A stretch of DNA of 64,000 nt from positions 318,414-382,413 of the forward strand of contig CACGZD010000001.1 in the NCBI GenBank assembly GCA_902577425.1, in the 5' to 3' direction. The notes below the pieces were generated by a model, which was not told where the DNA came from, made no database searches, and saw only the letters and a list, made by a program, of their open reading frames with translations. A program made the position numbers and the translations under genes. Below are positions 1 to 8,660 of this stretch, one piece after another. Positions within the stretch are counted from its first letter, which is position 1. Every line of letters starts with the position of its first letter. This stretch comes from an uncultured Alphaproteobacteria bacterium. GTDB taxonomy: Bacteria; Pseudomonadota; Alphaproteobacteria; HIMB59; GCA-002718135.

Positions 1-837
1 ATAATTATACGAACTGCTAAACTTGAATCAGAAATTATTAATCAGTGTACTAAACTTAAAATTGTTGCTCGTCACGGAGTTGGATACGATAATATAGATA
101 TTAATTTTTTAAATGAAAAGAAAATTGCACTTGGTGTAACTAGCACTTCTAATGCTGTAAGTGTTGCTGAACAAGTTATTTCTTTTTTTTTATATTTGGC
201 AAAAAGAATAGATAAATCAGATCATTTAGTAAAAAAAGGTAACTTTGATCAAAAACATCTTTTGCCTAATTTTTTTGAAATGTATCAAAAAAAAATATTG
301 ATTTTAGGTTTTGGTCGTATTGGACAAGCAGTTGCAAAAAGATGTTTGGGATTTGACTCAGAAGTTTTAGTTTATGATCCTTTTGTTCAAAAAGAAATTA
401 TTGAAAATAACCATTGTAAAAAAATTAATTTTAAAGATGGTATAAAAATTGCTGACTTCATCACTATACATATGCCACTTAATCAAGATACAATGGACTT
501 AATTAAAAAAGATGAATTTATAATAATGAAAGAAAATTGTATTCTTGTTAATACTGCAAGGGGTGGAATAGTAAATGAAACAGATTTATTATGGGCTTTA
601 AAAAATAAAAAAATACGAGGTGCCGGATTAGATGTATTTAAAGAAGAGCCTCCATTAAAATCTAGTCCTTTATTTCAATTAGATAATATTGTTCTTTCTC
701 CTCATAATGCAGCTTTGACCTTAGAGTGCAGAAAACGTATGGCAGTAGAAAGTGCCGAAAATATAGTGAATTTTTTAGTTAATAAATCTGAGTTAAATTA
801 TAATAATATAGTTAACAAAGAAAATTTAAGCCTATAA
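1..837 (+). CDS. D-isomer-specific 2-hydroxyacid dehydrogenase family protein (phosphoglycerate dehydrogenase / glyoxylate reductase-like), 5' end cut by window edge
   Basis: Frame +1 is open from base 1 (IIIRTAKLESEIINQCTKLKIVARHGVGYDNID...), so the ORF-track start at 196 is internal. It has the NAD-binding GFGRIGQAVA motif plus NTARGG and SPHNA motifs typical of the family. Confidence 0.85.
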   Translation: MIIRTAKLESEIINQCTKLKIVARHGVGYDNIDINFLNEKKIALGVTSTSNAVSVAEQVISFFLYLAKRIDKSDHLVKKGNFDQKHLLPNFFEMYQKKILILGFGRIGQAVAKRCLGFDSEVLVYDPFVQKEIIENNHCKKINFKDGIKIADFITIHMPLNQDTMDLIKKDEFIIMKENCILVNTARGGIVNETDLLWALKNKKIRGAGLDVFKEEPPLKSSPLFQLDNIVLSPHNAALTLECRKRMAVESAENIVNFLVNKSELNYNNIVNKENLSL

Positions 838-1152
838 ATTTAAATATAAACTATCATCTTCTTCGCTAACATCATAAATCTTTAAAGAATTTGCCTCTTC
901 GTCATTTAAAGGATCTCCAGAAACTATGCTATATATTTTCCCACAACTTGCACATTCAACTTCTTCACCTTCAACATTGCCTTCACTGATGTATGCCTCA
1001 TCTTCACAAGTACACTGTCCTTGAGTAGCAAAAAAACCACTCTCTAGATGAAAGATTGCATAATCGATTTCTTCATATTCAAAATTTTCAACACTATTAA
1101 CATCAATATCTTCTTTTTCACCTATATGAATTGGCTCAATTTCTTCATTCAT
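832..1152 (-). CDS. small, very acidic Rieske-fold-like protein with CxC...CxxC in place of CxH...CxxH
   Basis: 106 aa with about 30 Asp/Glu, 3 Lys and no Arg. C47-T-C49 then 17 residues then C67-A-S-C70-G-K-I-Y has the spacing and context of a Rieske cluster-binding motif, but both His are Cys. It lies 61 bp downstream of lldD on the same strand. Confidence 0.5.
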   Translation of the reverse strand: MNEEIEPIHIGEKEDIDVNSVENFEYEEIDYAIFHLESGFFATQGQCTCEDEAYISEGNVEGEEVECASCGKIYSIVSGDPLNDEEANSLKIYDVSEEDDSLYLNL

Positions 1153-1213
1153 AATAAAAACTTAGAATAATTTTTATAAGTAATAAATAGCTTTTTTTAA
1201 TATTTGTTAAAAT

Positions 1214-2374
1214 TTATCTGAATTTAATATTTTTTCTTGAAAGTTGATCGATGCTGTTTATCCCCATTAAAATCATGTCTCTTTCTATTTCTTCTCTTAA
1301 TTTTCCAATAGCTCTCTCAACACCTTGTTGCCCCCCTGCAGCTAAAGCATAAAGATACATTCTGCCTCCAGAACAAGCTTTGGCACCTAGAGAGAGGGCT
1401 TTTAAAACATGAGTGCCTCTTCGAATACCACCTTCACAGATCACATCAATTTTATCACCGACGGCATCAACTATTTCAGCCAACTGATCAAACGGTGTTA
1501 CTGATCCATCTAATTGTCGCCCACCATGGTTTGAAACCATTACAGCACTAGCTCCTATATCAACGGCTCTTTTAGCATCTTCAACAGACATGATGCCCTT
1601 AATCGCAAAAGGCTTTCCCCAATATTTATTTATTTCTTCAGCTCGTTTCCAGTCTAATTTATCATCAAGCATTTTTGTAAAATATTCTCCAACTGATATT
1701 GCAACACTTGTTCCTTCTTTTACATGGTCTTTTAATTGACTTAGTTCAAACTTTTTATGCGTAACATGGTTTATGCCCCAAGTAGGTTTCAAAATAAATT
1801 CCATCATACTACTCAAGGATAGCTTAAGAGGATATGTAAAACCGGTATATAAATCTCTTTCTCTATTTCCTCCAGATGCAGTATCAACAGTCAAAGCTAA
1901 AGTTTCAAAATTAGCTGCTTTAGCTCTATCAAGCATACTGCGATTTAAACCTTCATCTTTATGAACATATAATTGAAATAATTTGGGAGTCTTAATTTCT
2001 TTTGCTATATCTTCGATACTAAAAGTTCCTAAAGAAGATAATCCAAACATGGTTCCAAATTTTTCTGCTGCCTTACCAACTGCCATTTCACCATCATGAT
2101 GGAATAATCTTTGTAAAGCAGTAGGCGCACAATATAAGGGCATATCAAGTTTTTGTCCCATAACTGTTGTACTCAAATCCAGAGTTTCTTTATTGACACC
2201 AGATAATACATCAGGAATTAAATCACATTGCTCATACGATTCTGTATTTCTTCTATAAGTAACTTCATCATCGGAACCGCCATCAATGTAATGAAAAATA
2301 GGACTTGGTAATTTTTTTTTAGCTAATTTTCTAAAATCCTTTACGTTATGGCAATTTTTTATACTCCCAAACAT
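1214..2374 (-). CDS. lldD: FMN-dependent alpha-hydroxy-acid dehydrogenase (L-lactate dehydrogenase / glycolate oxidase family)
   Basis: 386 aa, colinear with the LldD family. It carries SNHGGRQLD and GGIRRG motifs and the N-terminal FxYIDGGSDDE pattern. Confidence 0.85.
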   Translation of the reverse strand: MFGSIKNCHNVKDFRKLAKKKLPSPIFHYIDGGSDDEVTYRRNTESYEQCDLIPDVLSGVNKETLDLSTTVMGQKLDMPLYCAPTALQRLFHHDGEMAVGKAAEKFGTMFGLSSLGTFSIEDIAKEIKTPKLFQLYVHKDEGLNRSMLDRAKAANFETLALTVDTASGGNRERDLYTGFTYPLKLSLSSMMEFILKPTWGINHVTHKKFELSQLKDHVKEGTSVAISVGEYFTKMLDDKLDWKRAEEINKYWGKPFAIKGIMSVEDAKRAVDIGASAVMVSNHGGRQLDGSVTPFDQLAEIVDAVGDKIDVICEGGIRRGTHVLKALSLGAKACSGGRMYLYALAAGGQQGVERAIGKLREEIERDMILMGINSIDQLSRKNIKFR

Positions 2375-2376
2375 TA

Positions 2377-3237
2377 TTAAGCAGCTACAGTTTTTTGCTT
2401 CTGGGTACCTAGTCCTTCCACTCCCAATTCCATAACATCTCCTGGTTTTAAAAAAACTTGAGGATTCATACCCATTCCTACACCCGGAGGAGTACCTGTA
2501 GATATAATATCTCCAGGATGAAGTGACATAAATTGACTTAAATAACTTACTAAAAAGTTTACACCGTAAACCATTGTTGCTGTTGATCCATCTTGAACAC
2601 GTTTACCATTTAATTCAAGCCAAAGTTTTAAATTTTGTGGATCAGGAATTTCATCTTTGGTAACTAAATACGGACCTATTGGTCCAAATGTATCGCATGA
2701 CTTTCCTTTAACCCATTGACCAGATCTTTCTATTTGAAAAGCTCTTTCACTTAGATCATTTACAACACAATAACCCGCTATATGATCTTGTGATTCATTT
2801 TCAGAAATATATTTAGCTTCCTTTCCAATTACTATCCCAAGTTCAACTTCCCAGTCTGATTTTTGAGAATTTTTTGGAATTATAACATTATCATTTGGCC
2901 CAATTATAGCGCTTGTTGCTTTAAAAAATATAATTGGCTCAGGAGGAACTTTCATACCTGTTTCCTCAGCATGATCAGAGTAATTTAAACCTATGCAAAT
3001 AATTTTACCAACACTTTTTTTGCATACACATGGAGCAATACCATCAAAATTTTCTACTTTAGGTAAAGAAGAAATATCCATACTTTTAATTTCATTCAAT
3101 TTTTCTATTGTTACATTTTCGCTATCCCAATCTGATACTAAGCTTGAAGCATCATGGATATTTTCATCTGAGTCTAAAATTCCTGGCTTTACTTCATTAC
3201 CAATTCTATATCTTAAAGTTTTCATTATAGTGTCCAT
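2377..3237 (-). CDS. fumarylacetoacetate hydrolase (FAH) family hydrolase, 2,4-diketo-3-deoxy-sugar-acid hydrolase-like
   Basis: 286 aa with a FAH-fold C-terminal domain (GLNYSDH, WEVELGIVIG, STGTPPGVG). An alternative start at 3225 (MKTLRY) would give a TAATG junction with the upstream SDR. The stop lies 2 nt from the lldD start. Confidence 0.8.
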   Translation of the reverse strand: MDTIMKTLRYRIGNEVKPGILDSDENIHDASSLVSDWDSENVTIEKLNEIKSMDISSLPKVENFDGIAPCVCKKSVGKIICIGLNYSDHAEETGMKVPPEPIIFFKATSAIIGPNDNVIIPKNSQKSDWEVELGIVIGKEAKYISENESQDHIAGYCVVNDLSERAFQIERSGQWVKGKSCDTFGPIGPYLVTKDEIPDPQNLKLWLELNGKRVQDGSTATMVYGVNFLVSYLSQFMSLHPGDIISTGTPPGVGMGMNPQVFLKPGDVMELGVEGLGTQKQKTVAA

Positions 3238-3962
3238 CCTCCATCAATTAAGTTAAGCGTGCCTGTAACAAAATCTGATTCATCACTGGCCAAATATACA
3301 GCTAGAGAAGCTATTTCTTCTGGTTTTGCTAATCTTCCCATTAATTGTCTATTTATAAAATCTATGCGAGCTTGTTTTGGATCATCTGCCATATTAACAC
3401 GACCTTCCCAAGAAGGCGTTTCAACTGTCCCAGGTAAAATGGCATTACAACGTATCCCTTTTTTAACATAATCAGCCGCCATGGCTTTAACAAAACCATT
3501 TAGAGCTGCTTTTGTTGTTCCATAAATAAATCTGTTGGGCGCACCTTTTACATTTGAAGCTGCAGAAGATACAATAATGATATTACCTTTATTTTTTTGT
3601 ATCATTTTAGGCAGCAAAAAAGAACTCATCAAATAAGCCGAATAAACATTTATATTAATAGAATTATAAAATTCATCAGAAGAACATTCCATTATAGTGC
3701 CATGATGTACAAATCCAACTGCATGAAATAAAACATCTACATCTTTGATAGATTGAGAAAAATTTTCAACAGCTTCTTTATTTGTGGAGTCTAGAACTTC
3801 TGTTTTTATATTAGAGTGTTCAGCTTTTAATTCATTAAGTTTTTCTTCATTTATATCAGTAGCTACGACGTTTGCGCCTTCTTTAGAATAAGCAATTGCT
3901 GTAGCTCTTCCAATTCCTTGAGCTGCAGCTGTTACAACGATATTTTTATTATTTAATCTCAT
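3225..3962 (-). CDS. short-chain dehydrogenase/reductase, BDH2/DHRS6-like (family of 2-keto-3-deoxy-L-fuconate 4-dehydrogenase)
   Basis: 245 aa with a TAAAQGIGRA cofactor motif, catalytic YGTTK (YxxxK) and a C-terminal IDGGWTL. From memory it is colinear along its whole length with BDH2-type SDRs. Confidence 0.8.
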   Translation of the reverse strand: MRLNNKNIVVTAAAQGIGRATAIAYSKEGANVVATDINEEKLNELKAEHSNIKTEVLDSTNKEAVENFSQSIKDVDVLFHAVGFVHHGTIMECSSDEFYNSININVYSAYLMSSFLLPKMIQKNKGNIIIVSSAASNVKGAPNRFIYGTTKAALNGFVKAMAADYVKKGIRCNAILPGTVETPSWEGRVNMADDPKQARIDFINRQLMGRLAKPEEIASLAVYLASDESDFVTGTLNLIDGGWTL

Positions 3963-4112
3963 TTTTAAATTTTATTATTCCTGAGTGACAAAGTAAATGT
4001 TTTAACAGACTTTTCTCTCATTTCAATTGTATAATGAGGAAAATTGTCATTATTGATTAATCATATTATTTATACCTTTTAAATTTAAATTAAATTAATA
4101 TACATAAAATTT

Positions 4113-5087
4113 ATGAAAATTCTTTTAACTGGAGGAGCGGGTTATATAGGTAGCCATGCTGCAATTGCTTTATTAGAGGACGGTCATAAAGTAACTGTTA
4201 TAGACAACTTAAGCACTGGGAATAAAAAGTTAATACCGCCTTCAGCTAATTTTGTTAACTGTAACATTAATGATGTTAAGACAATTAGCGAAATATTACA
4301 AAAGGAAAAATTTGATGCATTAATGCATTTTGCAGGCTACATAGAAGTAGAAGAGTCTGTATCCAATCCCAAAAAATACTTTGATAATAATACTAAAAAT
4401 TCAAAAATTCTTTTTGATACTTGTATAAAAAATAATCTTAAAAATATTATTTTTTCTTCGACAGCTGCAGCATATGGCAATCCAGTTAACTCAGAACCTA
4501 TCAAAGAAAGTACAGATTTGAAACCTATAAATCCTTATGGAGAATCAAAAATTCAATCAGAATTATATCTTAAAGAAAATTCGCAATGTAATTTTATTAT
4601 ATTAAGATATTTCAATGTTGCAGGTGCCGACCCTAAAATGCGCTCTGGATTAATAAGTAAAAAGGCTACACATTTAATTAAAATAGCAAGCGAAGTTGCA
4701 GTAGGTAAAAGAAAAGATATAACAATATTTGGAAATGATTATCCAACACCTGATGGAACTGCAATAAGAGATTATATACATGTATCTGATTTGGCAGATG
4801 TTCATGTAAAAGCTGTTGAATATTTGGTGAGTAAAAAACAATCAAATATTATAAATTGTGGTTACGGAAAAGGTTTTTCAGTTAAGGATGTTTTAAAGAT
4901 TGTAAATCAAGTGAATGATAAGCCAATAAGTATTAAAAATGGAGATAGAAGAGCAGGTGATCCATCTATGCTTGTTTCTAATGTTTCAAAATTGCATAGT
5001 CTGTTTGACTGGCAACCAAAATATAATGATCTCTCTTTTATTGTTAAAACATCAATAGATTGGGAAAAGAAATTATTAAATTATTGA
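4113..5087 (+). CDS. galE: UDP-glucose 4-epimerase
   Basis: 324 aa with a GGAGYIGSH Rossmann motif, catalytic YGESK, and the RYFNVAGA and IRDYIHV motifs of GalE. Confidence 0.9.
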   Translation: MKILLTGGAGYIGSHAAIALLEDGHKVTVIDNLSTGNKKLIPPSANFVNCNINDVKTISEILQKEKFDALMHFAGYIEVEESVSNPKKYFDNNTKNSKILFDTCIKNNLKNIIFSSTAAAYGNPVNSEPIKESTDLKPINPYGESKIQSELYLKENSQCNFIILRYFNVAGADPKMRSGLISKKATHLIKIASEVAVGKRKDITIFGNDYPTPDGTAIRDYIHVSDLADVHVKAVEYLVSKKQSNIINCGYGKGFSVKDVLKIVNQVNDKPISIKNGDRRAGDPSMLVSNVSKLHSLFDWQPKYNDLSFIVKTSIDWEKKLLNY

Positions 5088-5088
5088 T

Positions 5089-6132
5089 ATGCATAAAAGG
5101 GTTTTTAAACGTAATGATAATAAAGAATTATTTTTATATGGTAACAATCAACATAATGAGACAAGTACTAAAGAATTAGAACAAACTCCTACCCCAGAAC
5201 CGCATATGCGATGGAATCCTGCAAGACAGGAATGGGTAACTTATTCAGCTAGTAGAGTTAATCGCACTGCTTTCCCTGCGAAAGAATATTGTCCTTTATG
5301 TCCCTCAGGAAATTTAAATTTTCCAACTGAAATTCCCTTTAAAAATTTTGAAATAGCAGTTTTTCCAAATCGTTGGCCAAGTTTTAATACTCATTCTAAC
5401 GTTTCTAAAGTCCATTCGATAAGTACCAAGCCTTCAAATGGTTATTGTGAAGTTGTAGTATATTCTTCAAATCATAATGAAACAGTTGCAGATATGTCTC
5501 TAGATAGAATTATTTTACTAACAAAAACTTGGATAGATAGATACAAAAATTTAATTCCAAAAAATGATGTAGAATATGTTATGCCTTTTGAAAACAGAGG
5601 TGAGGAATGTGGAGTAACACTTCATCACCCTCATGGACAAATTTATTGTTATCCATTTTTACCACCGGTAATTGAAAAAGAAGTAATATCTTTTCAAAAA
5701 GAAAATTTTATTCTTTCAATTATGGAGGATCTCATAGAAAAATATTTTGTCTATCAAGACGATTTTATTATTGCAGCTGTTCCTCCTTTTGCAAGATATG
5801 CATATGAGATTTGGATCATGCCAAAAATACAGATGGCTGGTCCATGGCAATTTAATGAAAATCAAATAGAATCATTTGCTAATTGTTTACAAAAAGTTGT
5901 TAGAGGATATGATTCTTTTTTAGGAAAAAAATGCCCATACATTATGGGGCTTCATGCCTCACCTAATCTTGAAGATAATAATTTTCACTTTCATGTAGAG
6001 TTTTATCCACCTCTTCGTTCAGGTGATAATCCTAAGATTTTAGCTGGATCTGAATCAATGGCTGGAGTATTTATCATGGATGTTTTGCCGGAAGATTCTG
6101 CAAAAGTACTAAGGAAACATATAAATACATGA
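5089..6132 (+). CDS. galT: galactose-1-phosphate uridylyltransferase (HIT superfamily)
   Basis: 347 aa with a CPLCP zinc motif and ENRGEECGVTLHHPHGQIY (active-site HPHGQ). It starts 1 nt after the galE stop. Confidence 0.8.
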   Translation: MHKRVFKRNDNKELFLYGNNQHNETSTKELEQTPTPEPHMRWNPARQEWVTYSASRVNRTAFPAKEYCPLCPSGNLNFPTEIPFKNFEIAVFPNRWPSFNTHSNVSKVHSISTKPSNGYCEVVVYSSNHNETVADMSLDRIILLTKTWIDRYKNLIPKNDVEYVMPFENRGEECGVTLHHPHGQIYCYPFLPPVIEKEVISFQKENFILSIMEDLIEKYFVYQDDFIIAAVPPFARYAYEIWIMPKIQMAGPWQFNENQIESFANCLQKVVRGYDSFLGKKCPYIMGLHASPNLEDNNFHFHVEFYPPLRSGDNPKILAGSESMAGVFIMDVLPEDSAKVLRKHINT

Positions 6133-6542
6133 GTATTGCAAAAAAAATAGAATACTACAAAGAAAGTCTAGAAACTTTTGATGATACCTTGGAAAAATAT
6201 AGATTTCTTCTAGATCAAGGAAAAAAAGCATTACCTTTTCCTGAAGAATACAGGCAAGAAACTTTTAAAGTTTCTGGATGTCAAGCACAAGTATGGCTTG
6301 TTCCCTACTTAAAAGATAATTTAATTTTTTTTCACTCTGACTCTGATGCTTTTATCTCAAAAGGAATGGTTACAATTCTATGTGATATATATGGTGGAAA
6401 CTCTCCTCAAGAAATAGCAAATACGGATGTTAATCTATTAAATGTTTTAGAATTAAATGTTTTACTTACTCCTGGAAGAAGGAATGGGGTCTATGCGATG
6501 CTTTTAAAAATTATTGAACATGCAAAATCACATTGTAAATAA
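6129..6542 (+). CDS. sufE: SufE/CsdE-family cysteine desulfuration (sulfur acceptor) protein
   Basis: 137 aa with the SGCQAQVW active-site Cys motif, then DSDAFISKG and a C-terminal LTPGRRNG, colinear with E. coli SufE. The ATGA overlaps the galT stop. Confidence 0.85.
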   Translation: MSIAKKIEYYKESLETFDDTLEKYRFLLDQGKKALPFPEEYRQETFKVSGCQAQVWLVPYLKDNLIFFHSDSDAFISKGMVTILCDIYGGNSPQEIANTDVNLLNVLELNVLLTPGRRNGVYAMLLKIIEHAKSHCK

Positions 6543-6543
6543 A

Positions 6544-7653
6544 TTATTTTTTAACAATCCTTAATAATTCATTACTAAACCAAAGACCTTTATTTTTCTT
6601 AATAATTTTGCTGACAATTTTTTCATAATCTTTTTCTTTTTCTGCATTTAAAATTTCAATATCATTTATTTGGTTGACATATGTAGCTGCATTCCAGGCA
6701 GAAAAAATGATTGATGTAGAAATGCCATTACTTATCTCATTAGGAAGAGCTCTTAAAGAATATTTAATTTTTTTGGTTGGTAAAATATTTATATCTTTTA
6801 ATAAATTTTTATTTAAATTCTTTTTTAAATAATTAATAATTTCTTTAGAGAGAGATGGGAAAGGATTATCTCTTGGCCATAATTTTTTTATTATCGTATT
6901 TGCTGGATCATGACCTGAAGCGTGAACAACTAATAGTTGACCTTTAGAAGATAGGGCCTTTATCATAGGTTTGATAACGTAGTTAACCTTTTTCTCTACT
7001 GCAATTCTAGAACGATAAGGTTGAGAGGCCAAAATAAGATCAAATGTATTTTCAGGATTTTTAATTGTTGGGATTATGTTTTTTAAAACAAAATCTTGAT
7101 CCTCTCTATAAATAACTAATACCGAGGGTTCTTTGTAAGTAGGATTTCCACTTTTTGGATGTCTTTCAACCTGCCAGTTTTTAGCTACCTTTTTTTCAAT
7201 ATCTCTAAGTTGACTATTAAATTCAAGGGAAGAGTTTCCTTTAAGTTTTACAGTCATCCAATTTATTTTTTTTTGTTTTTTTATATTACTAGAAGTTAAA
7301 CTAGCTGCCTCTGAGTAATGTAAATTGCTAATAACAAAAACCATTTTTTGATGTTCAATAAATCTATCGGGTAATTTTTCTAGAGTAAGTCTTACATCCT
7401 CCATGCTTATTTCTTTTCCAGAAATAAGTTGGGGAATATTAGGAAATTTTTGATGACATTGTCTTAAAACATTCATCAATAAAGAACCATCTCCTAAACC
7501 AGCGTCAAATATTTTTAAAGCAGGTTGCTTTGGTTTTAAGCTTGAAATAATAGGCTTTATGGATTCAGCAATTTTATTTTTTTCATTTGTTGTTGTAACA
7601 AATAATAAATATTTTTGCCGACTGTCATAAAACCTAAAGTCCTTCCCCGTCAT
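6544..7653 (-). CDS. hypothetical protein, possible SAM-dependent methyltransferase with a large insertion
   Basis: 369 aa. A motif-I-like KIFDAGLGDGSLL sits near residue 47 and a later LILASQPY strand follows a roughly 100-aa insert. I recognise no other family signature. Confidence 0.4.
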   Translation of the reverse strand: MTGKDFRFYDSRQKYLLFVTTTNEKNKIAESIKPIISSLKPKQPALKIFDAGLGDGSLLMNVLRQCHQKFPNIPQLISGKEISMEDVRLTLEKLPDRFIEHQKMVFVISNLHYSEAASLTSSNIKKQKKINWMTVKLKGNSSLEFNSQLRDIEKKVAKNWQVERHPKSGNPTYKEPSVLVIYREDQDFVLKNIIPTIKNPENTFDLILASQPYRSRIAVEKKVNYVIKPMIKALSSKGQLLVVHASGHDPANTIIKKLWPRDNPFPSLSKEIINYLKKNLNKNLLKDINILPTKKIKYSLRALPNEISNGISTSIIFSAWNAATYVNQINDIEILNAEKEKDYEKIVSKIIKKNKGLWFSNELLRIVKK

Positions 7654-7816
7654 AAAAATCCTTTAATTCTATAAATAAAACAACAGTAAATAGTTATTTT
7701 AAATTTTGTCAAATATATAGTTAACTAATATTATTTACTTTAATAAAAACAATTTAAATTGAACAATACTCTTGAAATTAAATAGATAATATTTTAGTTT
7801 GAAAGAAAAAATCATT

Positions 7817-8659
7817 ATGGCTAAAAAATATAAAAAAGTTTTCTCTTTAAGTTTACAGCCTGGATATAGAAATTACACAGTTAGAGATTTATTAGAAAGT
7901 AAGGGAAAAAAGAAATTAACTCAAATCAATGTTACCACTCCCGAAGAAGCTGCTGCAGCCGAAGAAGCTGGCATTGATTTAATCATAGCTGGACCGCCTT
8001 CTCCAATGAAAAAAATAAGAGAAGCGGCACCAAAAACATTTTTTACTTGTGGGCTTAATTGGACAGAACACGAATCTAAAGAAAGTGTTGTCAGAAAGTG
8101 TCTTGAATTACTTGAATTAGGACTTGATTCAATTCATTGTGGCTCATGGAACATGGAATTTGTTAAATATTTAAGTCAATTTAAAATTCCAATTCAAGGT
8201 CATGTGGGATTGGTTCCTATGAAATCCACCTGGACTGGAGGAGTAAAACCATTTGGCAAAACATCCAAAGAAGCAGAACAAATTTATAGAGATATTAAGG
8301 AACTTGATGACACAAGTGCTTGGGCAGTAGAAGTTGAATGTGTTCCTAAAGAAATATTAGCGGAATTAACCAAAACTACAAAACTCCTAACAATATCAAT
8401 TGGATCTGGTAGTGAAGGTGATGTGCAATTTCTATTTGCTGAAGATATTTTAGGACATAGTCTTATAGATACACCTCGACATGCAAAAATATATAGAAAT
8501 TTCAGCAAAATTTTTGCGAGCATGCAAAAAGAAAGAATAAGTGCTTTTAAAGAATTTAAAAAGGATGTTTTATCTAAAAAATATCCTGCCAAAAAACATT
8601 CAATAGAAATTCCAAAAGAAGAATTAATAAAATTTAAAAAATTTATTAAAAAAAAATAA
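7817..8659 (+). CDS. PanB-like (3-methyl-2-oxobutanoate hydroxymethyltransferase family) protein, divergent
   Basis: The C-terminal two thirds are colinear with PanB (IPIQGHVGLVPM, GGVKPFGK, VEVECVP, ISIGSGSEGDVQFLFAEDILG). The N-terminal GDSxG region is replaced by IIAGPPSPM. The ATG at 7817 (MAKKYKK) is preferred over the TTG at 7799. Confidence 0.6.
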   Translation: MAKKYKKVFSLSLQPGYRNYTVRDLLESKGKKKLTQINVTTPEEAAAAEEAGIDLIIAGPPSPMKKIREAAPKTFFTCGLNWTEHESKESVVRKCLELLELGLDSIHCGSWNMEFVKYLSQFKIPIQGHVGLVPMKSTWTGGVKPFGKTSKEAEQIYRDIKELDDTSAWAVEVECVPKEILAELTKTTKLLTISIGSGSEGDVQFLFAEDILGHSLIDTPRHAKIYRNFSKIFASMQKERISAFKEFKKDVLSKKYPAKKHSIEIPKEELIKFKKFIKKK

Positions 8660-8660
8660 C

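Noticed and set aside
1773-3471. Antisense ORFs 1773-1964, 2993-3256 and 3259-3471 inside lldD, the FAH gene and the SDR gene
   Set aside because: They are short and have low-complexity products. They are fully embedded opposite strongly recognisable enzymes. No start context or family signature is present.
4054-4063. 10-bp palindrome TGATTAATCA in the SDR/galE divergent spacer
   Set aside because: Perfect 10-bp AT-rich palindromes are expected on the order of a hundred times in 64 kb at this composition. There is no supporting context.
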